Positions 31,945 through 41,619 of a stretch of 64,000 nucleotides of DNA are shown piece after piece. The stretch spans positions 1,312,001 through 1,376,000 of the forward strand of contig CBDCVK010000010.1 of the NCBI GenBank assembly GCA_965223005.1. The letters are read 5' to 3'. The notes beneath the pieces were generated by a model. That model was not told the origin of the DNA, did not search any database, and was given only the letters and a program-made list of their open reading frames with translations. Position 1 is the first letter of the stretch. Each line of letters begins with the position of its first letter. The translations under genes were made by a program, and so were the position numbers. The stretch is from Terriglobia bacterium (GTDB taxonomy: Bacteria > Acidobacteriota > Terriglobia > JAJPHL01 > JAPKYU01).

Positions 31945-34011
31945 CTAGCTGATCTCCATCGTGTTCATCAGCCGGTCCACTTGCGCCTGAAGCTGTTTGA
32001 GTTGGGTGCGCGCCGCGCGAAGCGCCTCGTGCATCGCCTCCAGTTGTTTCTCCTGCCTCCCCATCTTGGCCGCATAGGCCTGAACCTGCTGCTGCTGCCC
32101 CGGCACGTTCCGCAGGTTGTAGATGTTTTGCCGAAGCCGGTTCTGGTCGTTGAACAACTCGTCAATCTCTTTCTTCTGCTCGGCTGCTTCCCGCTTTGCT
32201 ACTACCACCTCCTCCTTCAGGGCGAATAGTTGCTTCAGTTGTCTTTGGGCCGCCGGAGAAAGCGCCTTGTTGCGCACGTAGGTGGCCAGTAGCTCTGGCG
32301 TCAGGTTGGTGAGAGCGATGCTGCTGGAAATCTCGTGTTCCTCTTGGACCTTAAGTTTGGCCGTTTCGCCCGTTGGCAATTCCAAGCGGAAGCGGTAATG
32401 CCGGGCCGTGGTTTCGGCCGGCTTAATTCCCGCGGCGAGTTTCCACTCTTTGCGCACCGGGTGCTCGACGACCAACGTCTTTGGCTTGCTGCCGGTGTTG
32501 CGAACCGTGTAGGTCTTCACTGCGATGTTCTTAGCCCGGGTGAAGACCGTGCCGCGCCGCACCTTCACCGAGAACACCTGGTTCTGTCGGGAGTCAAAGA
32601 CGGTGCTGACGCGAGTGCCCAGATCGACAGCAAACGAAACCGGGCGGCTGTCGCCGGTCTTCAGGGTCTGGATCAGGGCCTCGCCGGCGTACTGGTTCCC
32701 TTCGATGACGGTGATCGCGCCGCCGTCCAGCGTTTTGCCGCTGGTGTTGCGCAGCAGCACAGCATCGTACGGGTGTTCGCCAGACCCGCCCGGCGTGTAG
32801 AGCAGAACGCGTTCCACGTTCACCGCTGCTTGCAGAAACGGAATCATCGCCGACTGGTTGCGGGGAATATCTACGGGGTGTTCCATCCGGTACTCGAATA
32901 ACTCGCCCAATTCGCGGCCGGCGGCGGCCACCGAGATCGAGCGGGCGAAGTCAACCATCCCGCGGTTCGTCCGGTATCTACCCCCCACCCCAGCGGCCGG
33001 GGCCGCTTTGTCTTCCGCCACCAGTGCCTGGCGGCTCACTTCCGCGGAGAGAGATTTCATTGCACTCTTGGCCCGCAACTCCCTTTCGTTGCCCATCAGC
33101 GCGCCCTCGTGCCGCACAGGCCCGGCGGCCGTCTCGACAGACAGGGGCACATTCGGGCGCCGCACGTAATGCGCCTGGTAAAGGTTTTGCGTGAAAGAGA
33201 TCGGCAGGCCGGAGACCAGCGCCAGGCTGACACCTTTCCAGTCCTCCGACGTGGTGTTGTCCACAATGGCCCAACCCTGCAACAGCGCCTCCTTGGGCTT
33301 TCGCGGATCAAGCACCAGGCGGTAGCTGGTCTTCCAGACCGGGGCTTCGACCACGTAGCCAAGGGCCAGCTTCTTGGCCCGGCCGGGGCGGATGCGCAGC
33401 TGACGCGTATCGCGGCGTTGGGAGGAACGGACCAGTTGCAGGTAGGTTTCCAGTTCGCGCTGCAAACTTGGGTCTTCCAGGCGCAGTCCGGACGCTTCCA
33501 GCAGTGAGACGTTACGCAGTTCACCGCTGTCGAGCAGCAGCGCGATCAGCTCGGTGTCGCCCTGCTTCAGACGGGTCGCCCGGGCCCCTAAGATGCTGCC
33601 CCGCAAGTCCCCGCCCGCGGCCAGCCTCACGTGCAACCGCGCCCCCTTAAACTGGTCCAGCAACTGCCCGATGGTGGCTTGCTTGGGCACCCGGAAGGCA
33701 AACTGCTCGAGTTGCTTGCTTACAGGATCGCTGGCTTCGTAGGAAACGCCGCGGACTGCGCCGTCTGTCCCCAGCACCGTGAGCGACTTGAGCACGTCAC
33801 TCATTTGCGACGCTTTGAATTGCAACAGCACATCGCCGCGCCCGTCCAGCTTTCCCTCCCGCTCAAAGTAGGCAACCCCATGTTTGTAGAGCACCACGCG
33901 TCGCACCGGCAGCGCTGTTTCGGCCGCCCATAATTTGGTCATGCATAGCGGCGTCACCAACAACCAGAGCAGCGCTACGGCGGCTGCTCCGCGAAATCGC
34001 GTCTTTTTCAT
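31945..34011 (-). CDS. Secreted DUF4139-like protein with a C-terminal coiled coil
   Basis: Signal peptide; VVLYKHGVAYF, DVLKSL, WKTSYRL and QGWAIVDN; alternative start at 34032. Confidence 0.75.
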   Translation of the reverse strand: MKKTRFRGAAAVALLWLLVTPLCMTKLWAAETALPVRRVVLYKHGVAYFEREGKLDGRGDVLLQFKASQMSDVLKSLTVLGTDGAVRGVSYEASDPVSKQLEQFAFRVPKQATIGQLLDQFKGARLHVRLAAGGDLRGSILGARATRLKQGDTELIALLLDSGELRNVSLLEASGLRLEDPSLQRELETYLQLVRSSQRRDTRQLRIRPGRAKKLALGYVVEAPVWKTSYRLVLDPRKPKEALLQGWAIVDNTTSEDWKGVSLALVSGLPISFTQNLYQAHYVRRPNVPLSVETAAGPVRHEGALMGNERELRAKSAMKSLSAEVSRQALVAEDKAAPAAGVGGRYRTNRGMVDFARSISVAAAGRELGELFEYRMEHPVDIPRNQSAMIPFLQAAVNVERVLLYTPGGSGEHPYDAVLLRNTSGKTLDGGAITVIEGNQYAGEALIQTLKTGDSRPVSFAVDLGTRVSTVFDSRQNQVFSVKVRRGTVFTRAKNIAVKTYTVRNTGSKPKTLVVEHPVRKEWKLAAGIKPAETTARHYRFRLELPTGETAKLKVQEEHEISSSIALTNLTPELLATYVRNKALSPAAQRQLKQLFALKEEVVVAKREAAEQKKEIDELFNDQNRLRQNIYNLRNVPGQQQQVQAYAAKMGRQEKQLEAMHEALRAARTQLKQLQAQVDRLMNTMEIS

Positions 34012-34043
34012 AACGACCCTCCGCTGGTTCATAACGACCCTCC
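34007..34043. repeat. Duplicated RBS plus ATG (16 bp, 21-bp period)
   Basis: Minus strand GGAGGGTCGTTATGAA twice, in frame. Confidence 0.9.
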
Positions 34044-34138
34044 CTTGGCCTCCATTGGCCTCCGCTGGATCTGTTCCTCATGCTGGGAACGCAGAACGGT
34101 CTGCCTTCTTGCAGCCTTTCTATATAATCCCAGAGAAC

Positions 34139-35356
34139 GTGAAGGTTCTGTTGACAAATACCGGGCCCTGGGGCACGGGCAGCGCGATGGTGGCCGAAGC
34201 AGTGCTGCGGGAGCTGCGGCACCGTGGCCATCGGGCTGTGCTGTTCTTTCCGGACGCCCAATTCCAGACCGGGGACAAAAACCGCTACTACTTAAAGCCT
34301 GATCTGTACCGTGTGTGGCGCTTCCCCGTGGAGGCCGACGGGAAAGTACTGCCGACCTTCCCGCTGATGATCACCGACCCAAACCCGCGCAACTTCCCCG
34401 GAGCCTCGACGTTCCGCGACCTGTCCGAAGAGCTGCTGGCCTTCTATTTCCGGCAGGCGCGCCGGGAGCTGGAGCAGGTCATCGACTGGTTGCGGCCGGA
34501 TATCGTCGAGTGCCAGCACATCTGGACCATGGGCCACCTGCTAGGCGAGATGGGGCTGCCCTACGTGGCGGTGGCCCACCACAGCGACCAGATGGGCTAC
34601 CGCTATGACGCACGCATGCAGCCCTATGCCAACCAGGCCGCCCGCAGCGCGCGCTGGATCTTCACCATCTCGCAGTTCGTGCACCAAGAGGTTCTGGAGC
34701 TCTACCCGGGTGTGGACCCGGAAAAGGTGGTCATTCTAGAGAACGGCTACAACCAGCGCATCTTTCATCCGCAGCAGGTCAGCCGGGCAACGGTACTGCT
34801 GAAACTTGGCGTTGCGGACACGCCTGGGCTTCCCGTCATCAGCTTTTCGGGCAAGATTTCCCGCACCAAGGGAGTGGATATCCTGCTGCGGGCCAACCGG
34901 CTGGTGCAGCAGGAACGGAAAGCCTTGCTGTTAATCCTGGGTACCGGGCGCCTGGAAGATGAATTCAGCGTCGAGGAACGGGCTCAGTTCCATTTGGAGA
35001 ATGTGCACGTGGTCGGCCACCACCCGCAGCCGGTGCTGGCCAAGCTCCACAACCTGGCGACTGTCAGCGTGATTCCCTCGCGAACGGAAGGCTTCGGGAT
35101 TGCGGCGCTGGAGGCGATGGGCTGCGGAGCGCCCATGGTGGCGACGCGCTCCGGCGGCCCCGAGAGTTTCGTGGTGGGCGAGACTGTGCCGGTAGACGAC
35201 GTGGAAGCGCTGGCGGGGGCCCTGCTTAAGGTGCTCGATTTGCAGCCGCGGGCTGCGCAGGAGCTGCGGCACGCCGCTTTCCAGAAGGCCGTCCGCTATT
35301 CCTGGAACCGAATCGTTACGCGGCGGCTGCGCTACTTTCGAGAGGCCCTGAAGTAG
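34139..35356 (+). CDS. GT4 family glycosyltransferase
   Basis: KGVDILL and PSRTEGFGIAALEAMGCG (EX7E); GTG start 10 nt after TATAAT. Confidence 0.9.
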   Translation: MKVLLTNTGPWGTGSAMVAEAVLRELRHRGHRAVLFFPDAQFQTGDKNRYYLKPDLYRVWRFPVEADGKVLPTFPLMITDPNPRNFPGASTFRDLSEELLAFYFRQARRELEQVIDWLRPDIVECQHIWTMGHLLGEMGLPYVAVAHHSDQMGYRYDARMQPYANQAARSARWIFTISQFVHQEVLELYPGVDPEKVVILENGYNQRIFHPQQVSRATVLLKLGVADTPGLPVISFSGKISRTKGVDILLRANRLVQQERKALLLILGTGRLEDEFSVEERAQFHLENVHVVGHHPQPVLAKLHNLATVSVIPSRTEGFGIAALEAMGCGAPMVATRSGGPESFVVGETVPVDDVEALAGALLKVLDLQPRAAQELRHAAFQKAVRYSWNRIVTRRLRYFREALK

Positions 35357-35364
35357 GACACTGT

Positions 35365-35880
35365 TTACCCGAAGAGGGAGTACAGGATTGAGTTAATAAC
35401 AACATATGGGACGAAGCCAATCAGGCAAACTCCAATGGCGCGGCCGGTGCTGGTGTAGTCCAAGGCCTGGCGCACCGCAATCACCATGGCGACCAACATC
35501 CAAATGCCTGTAACCAGAAAGACGAGTCCCCCCACCACCGGCACGACTCCCAGGATGCGCAGGATTCCGGGCGACGACGCGAACCCGATGGTGCGCAAGA
35601 GCTGGCCCCAGTCGGCGTGCGTCTGAGGCATAGGAAGAATCCGCGTGCCAATAAAGTATGTGAGCCCTGCCCAGATGAACCAGCCCAGGAGGGCGCTGAT
35701 GGTGAAGGCCAGCAGCCCGGGTGCCCCTGCCCGGCCGATCATGCCGATGCCCGCCGCCAAGCTGGAAAGAACCACTACGCCCATAGCCTGTCCGAAGGCG
35801 GTGGTGTCAGCCTCAACTTCCTCGTAGATCCGAACATCCAGCCTGGCCGCGCCAATCACTCGTTCTGCAAAGGACGCCAT
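35365..35880 (-). CDS. YIP1-family membrane protein
   Basis: YEEVEAD, LLRTIGFASSP and AVRQALDY; several TM segments. Confidence 0.75.
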   Translation of the reverse strand: MASFAERVIGAARLDVRIYEEVEADTTAFGQAMGVVVLSSLAAGIGMIGRAGAPGLLAFTISALLGWFIWAGLTYFIGTRILPMPQTHADWGQLLRTIGFASSPGILRILGVVPVVGGLVFLVTGIWMLVAMVIAVRQALDYTSTGRAIGVCLIGFVPYVVINSILYSLFG

Positions 35881-36018
35881 TGCTGTCGTCTCCTTTCTAC
35901 GGATGATCCAGTTTCCTGTCTTGGGCGGGGATTGTACCAGTTTTGTTTCCCAAACGATGTCAGCAGTTTCGTTCTCCGCCGTTTTCGTGTACATTGCAGC
36001 AAATTCGGCCAGCTTCCC

Positions 36019-38016
36019 ATGCGCCTGGCAATTGATACCGGGGGTACCTTCACCGATTGCATCTACCTGGAAGGTCGTGAGCTGCGCGTTCTCAAGGTGT
36101 TCTCGACGCCGCAAGACCACGCCCAAGCCATTCTGGGAGCGATCGAGCAACTGACCGCCCCCGATGAGCCGGCCGATGTCGCGCACGGCACGACCGTCGG
36201 CACCAACACGCTGCTGGAGCGCAAGGGAGCGCGGGTGGCCTTCCTGACCACTGCCGGGTTCGAGGACACGCTAGGCATCGGCCGGCAGGCGCGGCCGCGG
36301 CTTTACGACCTGTTCGCTTCTCCTCCGCCGCCACTGGCGCCGCCCGATTTGCGGTTTGGGATCGCCGAGCGGACCGCACCCGACGGCACGCCGCTCATGC
36401 GTCTCACCCGGCGGGAGCTGGCGCGGCTGCGCCATGCGGTGGCCTCCGCCAGGCCGGAAGCAATCGCCATTTCCCTGCTGTTTTGCTTTGCCAACCCGGC
36501 CCACGAGCGCGCGGTGGCTGAGGCGCTGAAGCCGTTAGGTGTGCCGCTTTCGGTTTCCCACCAGGTACTGCCAGAGTTTCGCGAATACGAGCGCGCTTCC
36601 ACCGTGGTGGTCAACGCCTACCTGGCTCCGCGCGTGGCCGGCTACCTGGGCGGGCTGGAGCGCCGGGTGAAGGCGCGGCCCGCAGGGGGCTCGGTGCGCA
36701 TCATGCAGTCCGGCGGGGGTATCACTCGCGCGGCGGTCGCGGCGCGCGAGCCCGTGCGCACCGTGCTCTCGGGGCCGGTGGGCGGAGTGGTGGGTGCGCA
36801 GACGGTGGCGCGCCGCTGCGGAATCACTCGCCTTATCAGCTTTGACATGGGCGGCACCTCGACCGACGTGGCCTTGGTGGAGGGGGCGCCGCACATCACC
36901 ACCGAGTCGGCCGTCGCCGGGGTGCCCATCGCTGTGCCGATGCTGGACATTCACAGCGTGGGCGCCGGGGGTGGCTCGCTGGCCCGAGTGGATGCCGGCG
37001 GCGCGCTGCGCGTGGGGCCGGAGTCGGCCGGGGCCGACCCCGGCCCCATCTGCTACGGACGGGGCGAGTTGCCCACGGTCACCGACGCCAACCTGCTGCT
37101 AGGACGCCTGGATTCGGAACTGTTCCTGGGAGGTGACGTACGGCTGGACCAGGATCGCACCCGGCGCTTCTTTGAACATTTTGTGCGCCGCCACTCTCGC
37201 CACCTGCGCAGCGTGCCAGAACTGGCGGCCGGCATTGTCCGCGTGGCCAATGCTTCGATGGAGAAGGCCATTCGGGTCATCTCCGTCGAACGCGGTCATG
37301 ATCCCCGCGACTTCACTCTGGTCGCGTTCGGCGGCGCGGGCGGCCTGCATGCCTGCGCGCTGGCCGCTGCTCTGCGCATTCCCCGGGTGCTGGTGCCCCA
37401 GAACCCCGGCGCACTCTCGGCGCTGGGCATCCTGTTCTCCGACACAATCAAGGACTACTCACGCACAGTGATGCTGTCGCCTGACAAGACGGCGCCCCTG
37501 GCCAGGCACTTCGCCGATCTGGAGCGGCAAGGCCGGGCCGACATGCGGCATGAAGGCGCCGGGTCGCGATCCTTGCGGGTGTCACGGTCGGCCGACCTGC
37601 GATACGTCGGCCAGGGCTATGAGCTGAACGTGCCTTGGCGACGCGGCTCCCAGCCGACGGAAGCCTTCCACCGCGCGCACCAGGCCCGCTATGGATATGC
37701 TGACGGGGAGCGCCCGGCCGAGGTGGTGAACGTCCGTGTGCGACTGACCCTGCCGGGTCCGCCATTGCCGATGCGATCCACTCGCCTGCGCGCTGGGGAC
37801 GGGAGGCGGGCCCGCGTCGGGCGGCCGGCGGCCCGCTTCCCGGTCTATCGGCGGGACCGCCTGCGTCCCGGCGACCGAGTGAAAGGGCCGGCGGTCGTCG
37901 CCGAGTACAGTGCCACCACTTTCCTGCCCGAGAGGTTCACAGCGCGCGTGGACGCCTGGGGCAACCTGTTGATTCAGACTTGGACGGGCCGCGATACCGC
38001 GGGGTCAGAAAAATGA
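36019..38016 (+). CDS. Hydantoinase/oxoprolinase subunit A
   Basis: IDTGGTFTD, HGTTVGTN, DMGGTSTD, GAGGGS and FGGAGGLH. Confidence 0.95.
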   Translation: MRLAIDTGGTFTDCIYLEGRELRVLKVFSTPQDHAQAILGAIEQLTAPDEPADVAHGTTVGTNTLLERKGARVAFLTTAGFEDTLGIGRQARPRLYDLFASPPPPLAPPDLRFGIAERTAPDGTPLMRLTRRELARLRHAVASARPEAIAISLLFCFANPAHERAVAEALKPLGVPLSVSHQVLPEFREYERASTVVVNAYLAPRVAGYLGGLERRVKARPAGGSVRIMQSGGGITRAAVAAREPVRTVLSGPVGGVVGAQTVARRCGITRLISFDMGGTSTDVALVEGAPHITTESAVAGVPIAVPMLDIHSVGAGGGSLARVDAGGALRVGPESAGADPGPICYGRGELPTVTDANLLLGRLDSELFLGGDVRLDQDRTRRFFEHFVRRHSRHLRSVPELAAGIVRVANASMEKAIRVISVERGHDPRDFTLVAFGGAGGLHACALAAALRIPRVLVPQNPGALSALGILFSDTIKDYSRTVMLSPDKTAPLARHFADLERQGRADMRHEGAGSRSLRVSRSADLRYVGQGYELNVPWRRGSQPTEAFHRAHQARYGYADGERPAEVVNVRVRLTLPGPPLPMRSTRLRAGDGRRARVGRPAARFPVYRRDRLRPGDRVKGPAVVAEYSATTFLPERFTARVDAWGNLLIQTWTGRDTAGSEK

Positions 38017-39677
38017 AGCGGAGATCTAATCCGCAGATTACGCAGAATCACACAGATCTTGGGCTTCGCGGAACAACTTTTCCTTCAGGGTCTGCAAAAT
38101 CCGCGGAATCTGCAGATCCAGTATTGCTCGAAATTTACAAAAGCGCTTTTCACTCGATCGCCGAAGAGATGGGAGCAGCTTTGCGGCGCACTGCCTTCTC
38201 GCCCAACATCAAGGAGCGGCGCGATTATTCCTGCGCGGTGTTCGACGGAGCCGGGCGGGTGATCGCCATGGGCGATCACATGCCGGTGCACCTGGGCTCT
38301 ATGCCGATGTCGGTGCAGGCGGCGGTCAAGGCGTTGCGGCTGGAGCCAGGTGACATTGCGCTGCTGAACGACCCGTTCGCCGGCGGGACCCACCTGCCCG
38401 ACCTGACCCTGGTCATGCCGGTCTACGCCCGCGGCCCACGTCCCACCTTCTACATCTCCAGCCGCGCTCATCATGCCGACGTCGGTGGTGCCTACCCCGG
38501 CTCCATGGGGCTGTGCCGCGAAATCTACCAGGAGGGCCTGCGTATTCCCCCTGTCAGGATCGCCCGCGGCGGGCGCATCCAACGCGACGTGCTCCAGCTC
38601 ATCTTGAACAACGTGCGCACGCCCGCTGAGCGGGAAGGCGACCTGACGGCGCAGATCGCCGCCTGCCAGATCGGCTCGCGGCGCCTCCGTGAGCTGGTGG
38701 CCAAGTACGGGGCAGCCGAGGTGTGCGCCTACATGGGACATCTGCTGGCTTATTCGGAGCGCATCATGCGCGCCTTCCTGCGACGGCTGCCGCGAGGCAC
38801 GTTTCACGCCGAGGACTTTCTGGACGACGACGGCATCACCGCAGAGCGGGTGCCGATTCGCGTGACCATCGAAACCGATCCCCGACGGGGCCAGGCGCAG
38901 GTGGATTTTTCCGGCAGCGCGCCGCAGGTAGCCGGCAGCGTCAACGCCGTCTACGCCATCACCTATTCGGCGGTGTTCTACGTGTTTCGCTGTCTGTTGG
39001 CCGAGGAGGTGCCGGCCACCGCGGGCCTGATGGCCCCCATCACGGTGCTGGCCCCGGAGGGCACCGTGGTCAATGCGCGGCCGCCGGCGGCGGTGGCCGG
39101 TGGAAATGTAGAAACCTCGCAGCGCGTGGTGGATGTGCTGTTCCGAGCTCTTGCGCAGGCCGTGCCCGACATGGTTCCGGCCGCCAGTGCCGGCACCATG
39201 AACAATCTGACCATTGGCGGGCTGGATCCGCGCACCGGGCTCCCGTTCGCCTACTATGAGACCATCGCCGGCGGGATGGGTGGGCGGCCCGGCGCCAACG
39301 GGGCGAGCGGCGTCCACACCCACATGACGAATTCACTGAATACCCCGGCCGAAGCGTTGGAGTATACGTACCCGTTTCGGGTGCGGCGCTACGCCTACCG
39401 GGCCAAGTCTGGCGGAGCGGGAAAATACCGCGGTGGGGACGGTTTGGTGCGGGAAATCGAACTGCTCTGCCCTGCCCAGGTTACGATCCTGTCCGAGCGA
39501 CGGCGCATCGCTCCCTACGGCCTGGCCGGAGGCAGGTCTGGGGCGCGCGGTCGCAACTCATGGCTGCGCGCCGATGGACAGGTCCAAGAGTTGCCAGGCA
39601 AGTGCAATTTCCTGGCTCAGCCGGGCGACGTGGTCCGCATCGAAACCCCCGGCGGCGGCGCATGGGGAAAGCCTTAA
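38013..39677 (+). CDS. Hydantoinase B/oxoprolinase subunit
   Basis: SPNIKERRDYSC, NDPFAGGTHLPD, HHADVGG and IETPGGG; ATGA overlap with subunit A. Confidence 0.95.
   Translation: MKRRSNPQITQNHTDLGLRGTTFPSGSAKSAESADPVLLEIYKSAFHSIAEEMGAALRRTAFSPNIKERRDYSCAVFDGAGRVIAMGDHMPVHLGSMPMSVQAAVKALRLEPGDIALLNDPFAGGTHLPDLTLVMPVYARGPRPTFYISSRAHHADVGGAYPGSMGLCREIYQEGLRIPPVRIARGGRIQRDVLQLILNNVRTPAEREGDLTAQIAACQIGSRRLRELVAKYGAAEVCAYMGHLLAYSERIMRAFLRRLPRGTFHAEDFLDDDGITAERVPIRVTIETDPRRGQAQVDFSGSAPQVAGSVNAVYAITYSAVFYVFRCLLAEEVPATAGLMAPITVLAPEGTVVNARPPAAVAGGNVETSQRVVDVLFRALAQAVPDMVPAASAGTMNNLTIGGLDPRTGLPFAYYETIAGGMGGRPGANGASGVHTHMTNSLNTPAEALEYTYPFRVRRYAYRAKSGGAGKYRGGDGLVREIELLCPAQVTILSERRRIAPYGLAGGRSGARGRNSWLRADGQVQELPGKCNFLAQPGDVVRIETPGGGAWGKP
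38020..38118. repeat. Short palindromic element of about 9-bp units inside the hyuB 5' end
   Basis: ccgcagatt-acgcagaat-cacacagat on the left; tctgcaaaa-tccgcggaa-tctgcagat on the right (imperfect inverted arms). Confidence 0.6.
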
Positions 39678-39767
39678 CCTCAGGCGGATTGACACCAAAT
39701 CGGAGTCATTCCGCCGGACCGGTGCCACACTAGGTGTACGATTCCCTAAAGAGGGAGACGAGAGCCA

Positions 39768-40757
39768 ATGAGCTGGCTCATCATCGCCACCGGTTTTCTG
39801 GCTAGTGTAGTGCTGTCGGTCCTAGTCATCCACCCGGGGGCGTCGCTTGCCGTGGCGCTGCTTGGGGAGGAGAAGTGTCTGGACACCGCGTCGGTCAACG
39901 GCTGCAACTGGTGGCCGATGTCCGTGCTGGTGTCCACCGCGCTTGTCCTGCTGGCGGCCGGACGGCTGGGGTGGAGCAGCCTCTACCTTGTACCGGTGGG
40001 CCCCCTGTTAACCGTGATGGTGCTGTCGCTGACGCTGCGCTTCGGCAGGGAGGGTGCCCGCCAAAAGGAGTTCGACATCCGCGCCGGGAAGCTCGTCGAC
40101 CTGAGAACAGGTGCGGCGTTGCAACCAACTTACGTGGAGTCCAACACCGCCTACTGCGCGACCGGCCCGGCTTCCGGTTACTCCCTCTACACACTGGTCG
40201 TGCACGATGGCCAAGGTGGACGGTGGAGCAACGGCTACGTCTCCAAGAACGAGAACGAACGCATGCTCGCTACCCTGACCCGCCAGTTCGCTTGTTTGGC
40301 TTTGAGCCTGGGGGTCGAATGCCGCGAGAGTCCCACCAAGTTCCAGTGGGTGGTTTTTGGCGCCGAATGGACGCACTTGCTGTGCGGAGACCTGTCCGAG
40401 CTCACTCCGCAGGACCGGGCATGGTGGAGGCAGTGGCTACAGCCCGCTTTCGGCGTGTTGAGAAGCCGGGAGGTGACCAGGGAGGAGGTGGGACGCGCCC
40501 TGGACCGGCTGGAGGCGGCCTACCGAGAGCAGTGTCACTCTGTAGAACGCATTCAGTCAGACATTCAGGCAATCCGCAGCCTGCTTGCAAACACCCAGGA
40601 GCCAATCCGCATGACCACGCAGGAGACACACTCCCGCGCCACCGAGCAAGCCAGGGGCGATGGCTGGGTGGGATGTCAGGTAACGCCAGGGGGAGTGTTG
40701 GTAGAGACGATCGAACACCGCGCCCATCATGCCGATGTCGGTGGCGCCTACCCCTGA
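39768..40757 (+). CDS. Orphan membrane protein whose last 12 aa match an internal HyuB motif
   Basis: 329-aa ORF with an RBS-like GGAG and about 3 N-terminal hydrophobic segments; no family recognised. Confidence 0.65.
   Translation: MSWLIIATGFLASVVLSVLVIHPGASLAVALLGEEKCLDTASVNGCNWWPMSVLVSTALVLLAAGRLGWSSLYLVPVGPLLTVMVLSLTLRFGREGARQKEFDIRAGKLVDLRTGAALQPTYVESNTAYCATGPASGYSLYTLVVHDGQGGRWSNGYVSKNENERMLATLTRQFACLALSLGVECRESPTKFQWVVFGAEWTHLLCGDLSELTPQDRAWWRQWLQPAFGVLRSREVTREEVGRALDRLEAAYREQCHSVERIQSDIQAIRSLLANTQEPIRMTTQETHSRATEQARGDGWVGCQVTPGGVLVETIEHRAHHADVGGAYP
40718..40754 (+). repeat. 37-bp direct repeat of hyuB 38462-38498
   Basis: 34/37 identical; both copies encode RAHHADVGGAYP. Confidence 0.95.
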
Positions 40758-40805
40758 GCCAGAAACAGACGCACCGACCCGGAGAATCCCGGAACACGGG
40801 CCGGA

Positions 40806-41543
40806 TTATTCGCGGTAGGTAAACTGTATCTTGACGCCGGCGATTTCGATCAGGTCGCCTTCCCGCAGATCCTGCGCGCCGGCAAGGGTCTGGCCATTGA
40901 TCTTGGCCCCGCCTTTGCCCGAGGGAGCGATCTGGTAGCTGGTCTCGCGCTTATTGATGACGGCGGCGACATCGGGAGCGAACCACCCCTTTAGCTTCAC
41001 CGAGGCCATCGCCGACTTGCCGATCATCGAAAGCTTGCCGGTGAGGAGGTACTCGGTTCGGTCCGTCTTGCCGGAGAGCACCGTCAGGCAGCCCACCTTC
41101 GCTACACCCGCGGGTGGGACACCTCCGCCTGTGACGGTGCCTGCTTGCTGTATCATTTCGCGCTGTTTCCTGGTGTCCAGCACCACCGTTTGTTCCAGTT
41201 TGGCTACTGAGTCATCGCTTTCTTCACCCGCTTCCAGTTGCTCGGGCCGAGCCCCACCCTCATCCTGGAACAGCAAGGTGTGCTTTCCGATCACAACCTG
41301 GTCGCCATCCTTGAGGGGTATTTTGCGAGTCCGCTGGTTGTTCACGAAGGTCCCATTGAGGCTGTTCAGGTCTTCCAGGACGAACTGGTCTGCCTGAAAG
41401 AAAATCTTGGCGTGTTGGCCGCTGACGGCCAGGTTGTCAATTACCAGGTCATTGCCGGGAACCCGGCCGATGGTGAACGAAGCCTGGGTGAGTGGGATCT
41501 CCTTCAGGATCGCCGCCTCGTACTTCAGGATCAGTTTTGCCAT
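40806..41543 (-). CDS. Double-FHA domain protein
   Basis: IGR...VSGQHA...DLNSLNGTFVN, plus a second degenerate FHA (IGK...INGQ...GDLIEI). Confidence 0.9.
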   Translation of the reverse strand: MAKLILKYEAAILKEIPLTQASFTIGRVPGNDLVIDNLAVSGQHAKIFFQADQFVLEDLNSLNGTFVNNQRTRKIPLKDGDQVVIGKHTLLFQDEGGARPEQLEAGEESDDSVAKLEQTVVLDTRKQREMIQQAGTVTGGGVPPAGVAKVGCLTVLSGKTDRTEYLLTGKLSMIGKSAMASVKLKGWFAPDVAAVINKRETSYQIAPSGKGGAKINGQTLAGAQDLREGDLIEIAGVKIQFTYRE

Positions 41544-41619
41544 ATCACTTCTCCTGAGCCGCGCCCGTTGCGCCGCCAAGCTTCGCCGCCGGGCATACAG
41601 GCGACCGCCCCTGCGGCGC

